Positions 40,234-49,499 of a DNA stretch of 64,000 nucleotides are shown piece by piece. Numbering within the stretch: the stretch's first letter is position 1; each line of letters starts with the position of its first letter. Made by a program: the position numbers and the translations under genes. Under the pieces are notes generated by a model that was given only the letters and a program-made list of their open reading frames with translations, was not told the origin of the DNA and did no database searches. This DNA comes from an uncultured Spirochaetaceae bacterium (GTDB taxonomy: Bacteria > Myxococcota_A > UBA9160 > UBA4427). The stretch is taken from assembly GCA_964565565.1 (NCBI GenBank), contig CAZMFM010000005.1:21292-85291 (forward strand). Reading direction: 5' to 3'.

Positions 40234-41124
40234 TCAATTCCGCCCTCTACGAAGAGCCAGGGCGATGAATCCCAGGCCCGTGAGCAAGGCGCTGCTGGGC
40301 TCGGGGATGACGCTCGCCGAGCGCGGCAGGAGCGGCGCGTTGCTTCCGAATTGAGTCAGGAAGGATTCCGACGAGCCGGCTGCGATGGTCGTGCTCCACT
40401 GAAATCCCGCCGTGAAATCACCGGGACCGAAAGCCAGTCCGGAGTTGTCGAAGTTGTCGACGTTGTTGTCCGTGAGGTCTCGGAGCAGGGTTCGCCACGG
40501 TGTCACCTGGTAGGCGGTCGCCCCATAGCCAATGATCGGTGCCGAATCCGCGCCGTCGCTAACGTTGATTTCGATGCCATTCGGATTGGTCGCCAGAATC
40601 GCAGAGTCCCCGTTGAAGGAACCCGCAAGATCGAGATCGGAGTAGTGGAAGATGTCGATCGTCAGACTCGCGCCACTGGTATTCGTGACCGAGAGGTTCT
40701 GAAATAGGTTCCCCATGTCGACGCCGGTATCGAGCACCTCGAAGGCGAGCGTTGCACCAAAGAGACCGGCGCCTCCCGGGTCAGTCCAGTCCAGCGAACC
40801 GATCGAGCCCGAATAGATCTCGCTGTTCGGTGCGCCGAACGCGGTCTCACGACCATCGCCCGAGACGCGGAAGAACCACCAGGATTCCCAGGTGAGGTCG
40901 CCGGCCGCGGCACCCACGAATTGCGTATCGACCGTATTGCCTCGCGTGGTATTGAAGTCATTGGTGTAACCGAAGGTGACATCGCCGTCGGTCACCGTTC
41001 CAATCGCCGAGGCGGAAATCGGGTAGAGGGCGAAGGCCGCAACCAGAGCCGCGGTGATGGCCAAGGTCGATGGACGCGCCGAGGGATAGATCCGTTCAGG
41101 CTTTCTTTCGATAGAAGTTTCCAT
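40234..41124 (-). CDS. PEP-CTERM-anchored secreted protein
   Basis: Start at ATG 41124 (METSIERKPERIYPSARPSTLAITAALVAAFALYPISASA), with GGAG 6 nt upstream. C-terminus VIPEPSSALLTGLGFIALALRRGRN. Confidence 0.8.
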   Translation of the reverse strand: METSIERKPERIYPSARPSTLAITAALVAAFALYPISASAIGTVTDGDVTFGYTNDFNTTRGNTVDTQFVGAAAGDLTWESWWFFRVSGDGRETAFGAPNSEIYSGSIGSLDWTDPGGAGLFGATLAFEVLDTGVDMGNLFQNLSVTNTSGASLTIDIFHYSDLDLAGSFNGDSAILATNPNGIEINVSDGADSAPIIGYGATAYQVTPWRTLLRDLTDNNVDNFDNSGLAFGPGDFTAGFQWSTTIAAGSSESFLTQFGSNAPLLPRSASVIPEPSSALLTGLGFIALALRRGRN

Positions 41125-41276
41125 ACGCTGCTCCAGACACAAAGAGTCTGGGATTCGTTTCGTCTGGGCAGGTATTTTCCTGTAGAGCCAATCCGGAGAA
41201 ACACCGAGCATGCCGACGCTTTGCGTCGCCAAGCACGGAAGTGCCGGTTCGTTGCCGGTCGCCGAGTCAGGTCATG

Positions 41277-42275
41277 CTAGTCGGATGCGTCACAGTCACT
41301 AAGAAGCCAGCCCGTCACGAGTCGGGCAAGGCCGATGCGCTGCCCTGAGTAGCCATGGTCGGCTTGCTCGAAGACGAAAGTTTCGAGGGACTTCACGTCG
41401 ACGTCTCGGAGCGCTTCGATTAGCGGATCGTGATGGAGTGCCAGGGGCGTAATGACGTCTCTCTTCCCCGCAACCAGCAGCAACTTCTTCTGCGCCAGGT
41501 CTGTAGCGTGGCTTTGGGTATCGAAACGCTCTGCGTTGTCGATGATTTCCTCGACCAGGATGCGACCACCGCGTCCCTTGATCGGACCGGACCAGCCATC
41601 GAACATCTCAGCGAAACCGGCGGCCCGCTCTGGATCGTCGCCGAGGCCCCGCCCGAGTCCACCGAGGTTCGCACCCGAGAGAGATGCCACGCAGTCGATC
41701 TCAGGAAGTTCAGCTCCAGCGACCAAGGCGGCGAACCCACCCATGCTATGTCCAATGAGGGCGAGGCGGGTCGGGTCGACGCGATGCGCCTTGGCAAATT
41801 CAGGCTCGGCGATTGCTGCGACAACCGCGTGTACGTCCTCGATCACGTGCAGGAAGGAGAACTCACCGCCGCTGCCAAAGGCACCCCGGTAGTGGAAGAA
41901 GACGACATTCCAGCCGGCGCGACGAATGGCTTGGGCTAGATCGAGGTTGCGCTCGTTGCCCGGGAAGCCATGGAGCAGGACGACGGTCGGATGAGGACCG
42001 GCACCCTGCGCCTCGTAGACGATGGCATTCAAATTCGCGCCTTCGACGGTGAAGCTCAATTCGCTGATCACGGGAGGATCGACCAGGTCGAAGGGCACGG
42101 GATCCGCGCTGGCGGGATCGCTCTCCTGCCCGGCGAGCACTGGCGAAGACGAAGAGGTCGTCGACTCTGCCGTCGGGGATGGACCCGACGAGGTGGTGCA
42201 GGCGGAAAAAGACAGGAGCAGTGCCGAGGCAAAGAGCGAAAGCCGGAGTCGAGCGAGCGTCGTGTGAATCGTCAT
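41277..42275 (-). CDS. Alpha/beta-hydrolase lipoprotein
   Basis: Start at ATG 42275 (MTIHTTLARLRLSLFASALLLSFSACTT lipobox). LLHGFPGN and nucleophile elbow GHSMGG. Confidence 0.8.
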   Translation of the reverse strand: MTIHTTLARLRLSLFASALLLSFSACTTSSGPSPTAESTTSSSSPVLAGQESDPASADPVPFDLVDPPVISELSFTVEGANLNAIVYEAQGAGPHPTVVLLHGFPGNERNLDLAQAIRRAGWNVVFFHYRGAFGSGGEFSFLHVIEDVHAVVAAIAEPEFAKAHRVDPTRLALIGHSMGGFAALVAGAELPEIDCVASLSGANLGGLGRGLGDDPERAAGFAEMFDGWSGPIKGRGGRILVEEIIDNAERFDTQSHATDLAQKKLLLVAGKRDVITPLALHHDPLIEALRDVDVKSLETFVFEQADHGYSGQRIGLARLVTGWLLSDCDASD

Positions 42276-42414
42276 CAGGCGAGAATAGTCGGCTTTCGAG
42301 ATCATGCCCCAAAGACCCGGGCGAGCCGCTGACCTAGAATGCCAAGTGAAGCGATCTGGGGTGCGCACGGTGCAGGACGGGACGCACAATCCATCAAGCA
42401 ACGGAGACCAAAGC

Positions 42415-43602
42415 ATGGCAGGACCTCTCGACGGCGTTCGAATCATCGACGTGAGCGAAGTGATCTCGGGGCCCTTGGCCGTGATGATCCTGGCTGAACA
42501 GGGCGCGGACGTGATCAAGGTCGAGCCCCCCAAATACGGTGAACAGAGTCGACAACTCTCGAACTATCGCGACGGAATGGCCGCACTCTACGCGAATTGC
42601 AATCACGGAAAGCGATCGATCGGCATCAACCTCAAATCCGCCGAGGGGCTCGAAGTCTTCTATGACCTCGTACGCACGGCCGACGTCCTCGTACAGAATT
42701 GGCGACCGGGCGCCGCGGAACGACTCCGCATCGGCGAACAAGATCTGCGCGCGATTCAACCCAACCTGATCTACGCCTCGATCACGGGTTTCGGCGATGA
42801 TGGCCCCTATGCGAATCGTCGGGGCTACGATCCGATCTTCCAGGCGTTGACCGGCTTTGTGGGCGCGCAGCTGAATCCGCAGGTTCCGATACCCGATCTG
42901 GTGCGCAACGCCGTCGTCGACAAGGCGACGTCGCTCTCCCTGGCGCAGGCCGTGACGGCCGCACTCTTCGCCCGCGAGCGCGGTGCGCCCGGCCAACACG
43001 TCCGAATTTCGATGCTCGATGCCGGATTGATGTTTTTCTGGCCCGACGGGATGTTGCGACACACCCTGGTGGGAGACGATGTCGACAATTACGTCGTACC
43101 CGGCGAGCGCTATCAGCTCGCTCCGACCCAGGACGGACAGTTGGTGCTCTGGGCAGGGACCGCTCCACAGATTCGCGCGAGCTTGCGTGCGGTCGGCCAT
43201 GGCGAACTCGCGGATAGCCCGACCCAGCGCGGGCCAATCATGATGGAAGAAGAGAACCAGCGCGCCCGGGCGGAAGCGCTATCCGAGGGGCTCGCACAAC
43301 TCACGACCGCAGAGGCCTATCGTCGAATGGTCGAATCCGAAGTGCCCGCCGCACCCATCCTGAGTCATCAAGAGGTACTCGTCGATCCCCAGATCACGCA
43401 CAACGGCTCAATACTCGAGGCGGTACATCCGGTCTACGGTCGCTACCGGCGCGTGCGCCAGGCCGCACGTTTCTCGAAGACGCAGCAGGAAACGACGCCC
43501 CCGGCCGCCCTCTACGGCGAGCACTCCGACGAGATCCTCGACGAACTCGGGTGCAGTCGTGAAGAAAGGAAACGGCTTCGAGATCTCGGCGCGTTGACTT
43601 GA
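42415..43602 (+). CDS. CoA-transferase family III (CaiB/BaiF) protein
   Basis: Start at ATG 42415, with GGAGA 8 nt upstream. MAGPLDGVRIIDVSEVISGPLAVMILAEQGADVIKVEPP and VLVQNWRPG are family hallmarks. Confidence 0.85.
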   Translation: MAGPLDGVRIIDVSEVISGPLAVMILAEQGADVIKVEPPKYGEQSRQLSNYRDGMAALYANCNHGKRSIGINLKSAEGLEVFYDLVRTADVLVQNWRPGAAERLRIGEQDLRAIQPNLIYASITGFGDDGPYANRRGYDPIFQALTGFVGAQLNPQVPIPDLVRNAVVDKATSLSLAQAVTAALFARERGAPGQHVRISMLDAGLMFFWPDGMLRHTLVGDDVDNYVVPGERYQLAPTQDGQLVLWAGTAPQIRASLRAVGHGELADSPTQRGPIMMEEENQRARAEALSEGLAQLTTAEAYRRMVESEVPAAPILSHQEVLVDPQITHNGSILEAVHPVYGRYRRVRQAARFSKTQQETTPPAALYGEHSDEILDELGCSREERKRLRDLGALT

Positions 43603-43685
43603 TCTCCGCGTGAGCGACAAGTCGGGCGTTCAGAATCAGGCCGAGTCGCGCGCTATCGCCTAGCAGGCTGCGGACCGGACTCGCC

Positions 43686-45104
43686 CTACTCGACCGCCGC
43701 TTCGCGGAGCTCTTTGAACGAAGCGTCCATGCATTCTGCATAGAACTCGGGATCCGGCATCTGCGCCCGACAGGCCGTAACGGCGACCGTGATCGCGCCG
43801 TTGTAGCTGAGCACGCAATGAAAGAGGCCTATACCTTCCATGGGCAACCCGAGTCCGAAATTTCCGACCATCTTGGCGCCCGTGAAGTAAAGGGGAATCT
43901 GGGGCCCTGGAATATTCGTCACGACGCAATTCGCGATTGGCTTCATGCGCGACATGAGCCCGGTACGCGCCACCAACCTTCCCGAAATACCAGCCAGCGC
44001 ACCCGGCATGGTCTGCGTGACATCCGTCATGCTTCGCGCCCCGACCGCCTTCGACATCTCCTTCGAACTGATCGTCGTCCGATAGACCTTTTCGAGGCGC
44101 ACGACTGGGTCCGCTTCGTCGGTATGCAGCCTGACGAACATACCCGCCACCTGATTGCCGGCCGTTCCCTTTTGACTCTCTGTGCGCGTCGAAATGGGCG
44201 CGAAGGCGTTGAGCGTGCCCAATGGAAGTTCACCATGATGATCGAGATATCGCCTCAGGCTACCGCCGACGACGGCGAGAATGACGTCGTTGACCGTCGC
44301 GCCTTCGACGCGTTTGCGAATCTGCTTGACGTCGGCGAGTGAGAAGGTCGTCGCTTCGAAAACACGATGAGGCGAGACGCGACCATTGAAGCGGGTCCTC
44401 GGAATCTCCGACACTGGCGCTGCGCCTGCAGCGTCTTCTCTTTGCTGAAGGAAAGCGCGAATCGCCGGCGGCGCGGCCTCGCCAAGAATCTGCGCGAAGC
44501 GAAAGGGCTGCCGAATATTGTTGACCGTACTGCGCAATGCGAGTTCGAGCAGCGTCGGCTCCGACTCCGCGACCCACGGAGTCTCGGGGCTGGCGGCCAC
44601 GCCATCCGGTGTCAGATCGTGAATCGCTGAAACCATCTCGGTTCCCGAGACGCCGTCGATCGCGGCGTGATGGATCTTCGTCATGATCGCGAAGCTGCCG
44701 GCGGGCAGTTCTTCGACGCCGTCCAATCCTTCGATGACATACATTTCCCAGAGCGGTCGATTCAGATCGAGTGGACGCGCATGCAGGCGCGCAACCTGGA
44801 TACAGAGCTGCCGCCAATCTCCCGGCTTCGGCAATGCGATATGCCGCACGTGGAATTCGAGATCGAAATCGGCGTCTTCGATCCAATAGGGGTGGTCGAA
44901 ACCGAAGGGCACGCGGACCAGCTTCTGCCTGAAGCAGCGTGCGAGGTGGAGGCGCGATTCGACATTCGCAAGAATACCCTTGAAGGTGACCTGGCCGCCG
45001 GGCGCGGTCGATTGATCGTAGATTGCGACGCCACCGACATGGGTCGGCGCCGTGGCCGTCTCCAGATTCAGGAATGTGGCGTCGAGCCCGCTTAGTTGTT
45101 CCAT
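43686..45104 (-). CDS. Wax ester synthase/diacylglycerol acyltransferase (WS/DGAT) family
   Basis: Start at ATG 45104 (MEQLSGLDATFLNLE). Catalytic HHAAIDGVSG (HHxxxDG). C-terminal NIPGPQIPLYFTGAKM. Confidence 0.85.
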   Translation of the reverse strand: MEQLSGLDATFLNLETATAPTHVGGVAIYDQSTAPGGQVTFKGILANVESRLHLARCFRQKLVRVPFGFDHPYWIEDADFDLEFHVRHIALPKPGDWRQLCIQVARLHARPLDLNRPLWEMYVIEGLDGVEELPAGSFAIMTKIHHAAIDGVSGTEMVSAIHDLTPDGVAASPETPWVAESEPTLLELALRSTVNNIRQPFRFAQILGEAAPPAIRAFLQQREDAAGAAPVSEIPRTRFNGRVSPHRVFEATTFSLADVKQIRKRVEGATVNDVILAVVGGSLRRYLDHHGELPLGTLNAFAPISTRTESQKGTAGNQVAGMFVRLHTDEADPVVRLEKVYRTTISSKEMSKAVGARSMTDVTQTMPGALAGISGRLVARTGLMSRMKPIANCVVTNIPGPQIPLYFTGAKMVGNFGLGLPMEGIGLFHCVLSYNGAITVAVTACRAQMPDPEFYAECMDASFKELREAAVE

Positions 45105-45156
45105 GGGGATTCCTTTGCTCCGTCCCGAGGAGAATCCCACAACTACTGGTCTTCGG

Positions 45157-45771
45157 TCAAGCTTCCGGGATTTCACCTCGACCGACGCGGCTGACGACAA
45201 GCTCACTACCCTCTGATTGCAGGATCGTCGACGGCTCGGGCCACATCGGGCCGCCATCGAGCACGAGTTCGACCCGCCCCCGGAAAAGACGCTCGAGGTC
45301 CTCGGGATCCTCGAGCTCGGGCTCGTCATCCCCACTCGTGAGCGATCCGGTCACGAGTGGCTCACCCAACATCTCGACCAACATCCGACACAGAGGTGAG
45401 TCCGGCATGCGTAAGCCGATCTCCCCGTGTCGGTTCCGCATATCTCTCGGTACTTCTGCGCTGGCCTCGAGAATGATCGTATAGGAGCCGGGCAGGATCC
45501 GGCGCACAGTGCGAAAAACGCTCGTTCCCATGATCGCGAAATGACCGAAGTCACTTAGCTCATTGACCAACATCGAAAGCGGCTTCTTCGAGCGACTATC
45601 GAAGCCTTTGAGCGTGCGAATACCGGCGATTCCCTTGCGACTCGAGAGCGCGCAGCCGAAGGCGTAGCCGGTATCGGTCGGATAGAGAATGACGCGATCA
45701 CGGTGGAGGGCTTCGAGGACCGGGGCGAGCTTTCGCGGTGCCGGTCGAGCTGGATCGATTCGAACGCGCAC
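45157..45771 (-). CDS. tsaC: L-threonylcarbamoyladenylate synthase (YrdC/TsaC family)
   Basis: 204 aa. VILYPTDTGYAFGC, KGFDSRSKKPLSMLV and LPGSYTIIL are YrdC-domain motifs. Confidence 0.85.
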   Translation of the reverse strand: MRVRIDPARPAPRKLAPVLEALHRDRVILYPTDTGYAFGCALSSRKGIAGIRTLKGFDSRSKKPLSMLVNELSDFGHFAIMGTSVFRTVRRILPGSYTIILEASAEVPRDMRNRHGEIGLRMPDSPLCRMLVEMLGEPLVTGSLTSGDDEPELEDPEDLERLFRGRVELVLDGGPMWPEPSTILQSEGSELVVSRVGRGEIPEA

Positions 45772-45783
45772 TTCTCCTTCAAT

Positions 45784-46329
45784 TCATGGCGCGGGCGGGG
45801 CGCTCGTCATACGACGTGGAAAGCCGAGCTCCTCGAGCTTCGCCACGATGTCGGCGCCCGCGGTCGCCGGGCGCACACTCTTGTCGATCGCCCGCAGGAT
45901 TCCCTTCGCATCGATATAGAAGGTCCAGCGTCTGGAATAGAGTCCGCCCAATCCGATCACACCGAATTGTTTCGCGACCTCCCCCTTCGCATCACTTACC
46001 ACGGGAAGGCTCGCGCCCATCGATGCCGCGAACTTCGCGTTCTTCTCGGGCGTATCAAGGCTCACGTAGAGTACGTCGACATCGAATTCGGCGAGTTGCT
46101 GGGCGCTGTCACGCAGCGCCGCGAGTTCAGTCGTTCAACCCGGTGTAAAAGCTTTCGGAAACCAAGCGATCACCACGCCGCGTTCGCCGAGGGCGTCCGC
46201 GCGTCGATGGATCACGCCGCCCGCCCCCTGAAACTCGAAATCCGGGATCGGTGCGCCGATCTCGGGTGCAGCGGCTGCGGCCAATGGCGTACAGGCGAGA
46301 ATTCCCGCCAGTAGGGATCGAATCTTCAT
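45784..46329 (-). CDS. Secreted peroxiredoxin (BCP/AhpC-TSA type) with in-frame UGA at the peroxidatic Cys position (probable selenoprotein)
   Basis: Track ORFs 46135-46329 and 45784-46065 are in the same frame and separated by one TGA (46135-46137). Read-through gives MKIRSLLAGILACTPLAAAAAP...VVIAWFPKAFTPG-U-TTELAALRDSAQQLAEFDVDVLYVSLDTPEKN... (181 aa). Cys homologs carry FTPGCT. Confidence 0.75.
46102..46120 (-). promoter_or_regulatory. Candidate bacterial SECIS hairpin
   Basis: mRNA GGCGCU-GCGUGAC-AGCGCC is a 6-bp GC-rich stem (7 bp if the G-C closing the loop pairs). The loop contains GU. The stem begins 14 nt after the UGA and the loop lies about 21-27 nt downstream. Confidence 0.4.
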
Positions 46330-46507
46330 GGGGAGACCTTCGCTCTCCCGACGCAGGGCGGCAAGCCTGCGTTCGTGCTAACGAAAGAGTCCCGGTCGGA
46401 CCCGACCGAGCGACCCGATCGAGCATTCCCTCGGGCGTCATCATCCTACGACTTGTCTGTCATGGACACGTTCCCTTCCCTCATCCCCGCATACTCGGAG
46501 TCCCGTC

Positions 46508-47686
46508 ATGGCTGCAAAACCCGGCTTCAACTGGTCCGACCCACTCGAATTCGAAGAGCAGCTCAGCAACGAAGAGCGGCTGATCCAGGACAGCACGCGG
46601 GAATATGCCCAGGACAAATTGATGTCACGCGTCCTGATGGCCAACCGACACGAGACCTTCGATCGCGAAATCTTGAACGAGATGGGAGCCATCGGTCTGC
46701 TCGGCTCGACGCTGCCGACGAAATACGGCTGTGCAGAAGTTTCCCACGTCGCCTACGGCCTGATCGCACGGGAAGTCGAGCGGGTCGACTCCGGCTATCG
46801 CTCGGTGATGAGCGTGCAGTCGTCGCTTGTCATGCATCCGATCTTTACCTACGGAACCGAGGCGCAAAGAGAACGGTGGCTGCCCGGCCTGGCGAGTGGC
46901 GAGTTGGTTGGTTGCTTCGGACTGACCGAGCCCGACCACGGCTCCGATCCCGGCAGTATGCGGACCCGGGCCGAAAAAACGGACGGCGGCTATCTCCTGA
47001 CCGGTAGCAAGACCTGGATCACCAACAGCCCGATCGCAGACGTCGCCGTTGTCTGGGCGAAACTCGATGGCGATATTCGTGGCTTCATCCTCGAGAAGGG
47101 CATGAAGGGACTGAGCTTTCCCAAGATCGAGGGAAAGATGTCTTTGCGCGCTTCGACGACCGGCGAAATCGTCATGGATCAGGTCTTCGTCCCGGAAGAG
47201 AATTTCTTTCCCGAGATCCGCGGACTGGCCGGTCCCTTCGGTTGTCTCAACAAGGCGCGCTTCGGGATTGCCTGGGGATCGCTGGGCGCCGCCGAATTCT
47301 GCTGGCATGCGGCACGGCAATACACCCTCGATCGCGAGCAATTCGGCCGGCCCCTGGCCGCGAACCAGTTGATCCAGGTGAAATTGGTCGACATGCAAAC
47401 CGAAATCACCTTGGGGTTGCACGCTTGCCTGCGTGCGGGTCGATTGATGGACGAAGGTCGCCTGGCGCCCGAGAACATCTCCCTGCTGAAGCGGAATAAT
47501 TGTGGCAAGGCGTTGGCCATCGCGCGCGTCGCGCGGGACATGCACGGCGGCAATGGCATTTCCGACGAGTACCACGTGATTCGGCACTGCATGAACCTCG
47601 AGTCCGTGAACACCTATGAAGGGACCCACGATATCCATGCGCTGATTCTCGGTCGCGCGCAAACCGGCATCGCAGCATTCAGTTAG
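46508..47686 (+). CDS. gcdH: Glutaryl-CoA dehydrogenase
   Basis: 392 aa. [36 protein letters not shown] and [30 protein letters not shown] closely resemble proteobacterial GcdH as recalled. Confidence 0.85.
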   Translation: MAAKPGFNWSDPLEFEEQLSNEERLIQDSTREYAQDKLMSRVLMANRHETFDREILNEMGAIGLLGSTLPTKYGCAEVSHVAYGLIAREVERVDSGYRSVMSVQSSLVMHPIFTYGTEAQRERWLPGLASGELVGCFGLTEPDHGSDPGSMRTRAEKTDGGYLLTGSKTWITNSPIADVAVVWAKLDGDIRGFILEKGMKGLSFPKIEGKMSLRASTTGEIVMDQVFVPEENFFPEIRGLAGPFGCLNKARFGIAWGSLGAAEFCWHAARQYTLDREQFGRPLAANQLIQVKLVDMQTEITLGLHACLRAGRLMDEGRLAPENISLLKRNNCGKALAIARVARDMHGGNGISDEYHVIRHCMNLESVNTYEGTHDIHALILGRAQTGIAAFS

Positions 47687-47804
47687 TTCCCCTTTCCGAG
47701 ACGCAGGCCTTGCGCGGGGGCCCGGCGACACGACTTGGCGATGGCGCGACCAGCCGAAGAGAATCGGGCGATCGGAATACGACGACAAAACGGAAGGCCG
47801 AGCA

Positions 47805-48560
47805 ATGAAGGGATTCAGTCCATCGACCTTCGGAGAACTCTATGCCGAAGACTATGATGATTTGCACGACCCAGGCACGACCGACGAGGCCGTCGAGTTG
47901 ATCGCCGCGCTGGCCGGCGACGCGACTGGATCTGCAGCCGGAGCTGGACGAATATTGGAATTGGCGATCGGCACCGGCCGCATCGCGTTGCCCCTCGCAC
48001 AGCGCGGCCTCAGCGTCCAGGGAATTGAAGGCTCGCCCGAAATGGCCGAAAAACTTCGCGGGAAGCCGGGCGGCGAAGCAATCCCGACTGTGATCGGCGA
48101 CTTCGCAGACGTGGAAGTCGATGGCCACTTCGATCTCATTATTCTCGTTTTCAATACACTCTTCAATCTATCCACGCAGGCTGATCAGGTCCGGTGCTTC
48201 AAGAATGTCAGCGAGCATCTCGCGCCTGGCGGATCGTTCCTGGTCGAGACCTTCGTACCGGACCTCAGCCAATTCGCAGATGATCAATATTGCCGAACCC
48301 AGCAGGTCGGCTTCGACCGTGTCTGGCTCGATACCGCCCTGCACGATCCCGTCGATCAACGAATCGAGTATCAGCGCGTACACATCTCGAACGCTGGCAT
48401 CCGCATGAACCCGCTCGTGATGCGTTATGCGTGGCCTGCCGAAATGGACCTGATGGCCAGACTCGCGGGCATGCAGCTGAAGAATCGTTGGGGGGATTGG
48501 CACCGATCGCCCTTCATTGCCGCGAGCGAAATGCATGTTTCCGTCTACGCCAATTCGTAA
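47805..48560 (+). CDS. Class I SAM-dependent methyltransferase
   Basis: 251 aa. Motif I ILELAIGTGRIALPLA, followed by DLIILVFNTLFNL. Confidence 0.8.
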   Translation: MKGFSPSTFGELYAEDYDDLHDPGTTDEAVELIAALAGDATGSAAGAGRILELAIGTGRIALPLAQRGLSVQGIEGSPEMAEKLRGKPGGEAIPTVIGDFADVEVDGHFDLIILVFNTLFNLSTQADQVRCFKNVSEHLAPGGSFLVETFVPDLSQFADDQYCRTQQVGFDRVWLDTALHDPVDQRIEYQRVHISNAGIRMNPLVMRYAWPAEMDLMARLAGMQLKNRWGDWHRSPFIAASEMHVSVYANS

Positions 48561-48587
48561 CGCGCGGGCTCTGCGAAAAAGGACGAC

Positions 48588-49298
48588 ATGCCAAAGACCA
48601 ACTTCCACGACCCAGCCGATTCCTCGCCGAGCGGCGACGCCTACTCGATCGAACAAATCGGCGAATCACTACCGCTGCTCGAAGGAATCCGCACGGCGCG
48701 TGCGATCAGGCGGCTCCGTCCGGATCCCGTACCGCGCGAACTGATCCGCAAGGTCTGCGAGGCAGGCACCTTCGCGCCGAGTGGGGGAAATCGTCAACCC
48801 TGGGTTTTCGTTGCTGTAGACGACGTCGATAAGAAACGCTGGATCGCGGACAGGTATCTGCCGATCTTTCGCGACTACATCCAGCCCGCCATCGATCGCG
48901 CCGAGCGAGAGAACTTTCCAGATCGCCTGCTGCGAAATATGCGGGCGTCTCTGCATCTTGCAGAGCATCTCCATGAAGCGCCCGTGCTGCTTTTCATCGC
49001 AGGCTGGAAACGCCGCGGAGCCCCACAAGCCGAAGCCCTTTTCCCCTGTGCACAGAATGTCTTGCTCGCCTGCCGCGCGGTCGGGCTCGGGGCCTCGTTC
49101 ACGACCCTTCATCGCACCTTCGGCGCAGAATGCGATCAGCTGATCGGCCTGCCGGAAAAAATCCCCAGCTCCGTCATGTTACCGATCGGTTGGCCGCTCG
49201 GAAAACACGGCGTCCCGCCACGCGAATCGATCGATTCGAAGCTCTTCTTCAATGATTTCGATGCCTCGACGGTCGAAGAAAAGCGCGCGATCAAGTAG
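48588..49298 (+). CDS. Nitroreductase-family protein
   Basis: 236 aa. RTARAIRRLRPDPVPRELIRKVCEAGTFAPSGGNRQPWVFV is the classic nitroreductase N-terminal FMN-binding region. Confidence 0.8.
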   Translation: MPKTNFHDPADSSPSGDAYSIEQIGESLPLLEGIRTARAIRRLRPDPVPRELIRKVCEAGTFAPSGGNRQPWVFVAVDDVDKKRWIADRYLPIFRDYIQPAIDRAERENFPDRLLRNMRASLHLAEHLHEAPVLLFIAGWKRRGAPQAEALFPCAQNVLLACRAVGLGASFTTLHRTFGAECDQLIGLPEKIPSSVMLPIGWPLGKHGVPPRESIDSKLFFNDFDASTVEEKRAIK

Positions 49299-49314
49299 CG
49301 AGGCTCGCTGGCGA

Positions 49315-49340
49315 GAGATTGTTTAGTACTTTACAATCTC
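49315..49340. promoter_or_regulatory. 26-bp near-perfect palindrome (candidate operator) upstream of the thiolase gene
   Basis: GAGATTGT-tt-AGTACT-tt-ACAATCTC has 8-bp perfect arms around a palindromic AGTACT core. It lies in the 201-nt gap between the nitroreductase stop and the thiolase start. Confidence 0.3.
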
Positions 49341-49499
49341 GTCGACCGGCCCGGACTGGCTCCGCGAGGCGCATCGCGACGCTGATGCGCGCGTATGCGG
49401 CCAAGGGCACGATCGAAATCAAGAAGGACCTTTGAAGGTTCATCCACGGGCCCTTGGCCCGCACTCCAATCGAATGAAAACAATGAAAGAGGTTCCCCC

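Noticed and set aside
46625-47788. 387-aa reverse-strand ORF opposite gcdH. Similar antisense ORFs occur at 49953-50735, 42394-43200 and 55012-55716.
   Set aside because: Each is antisense to a confidently identified enzyme gene, and none shows family motifs.
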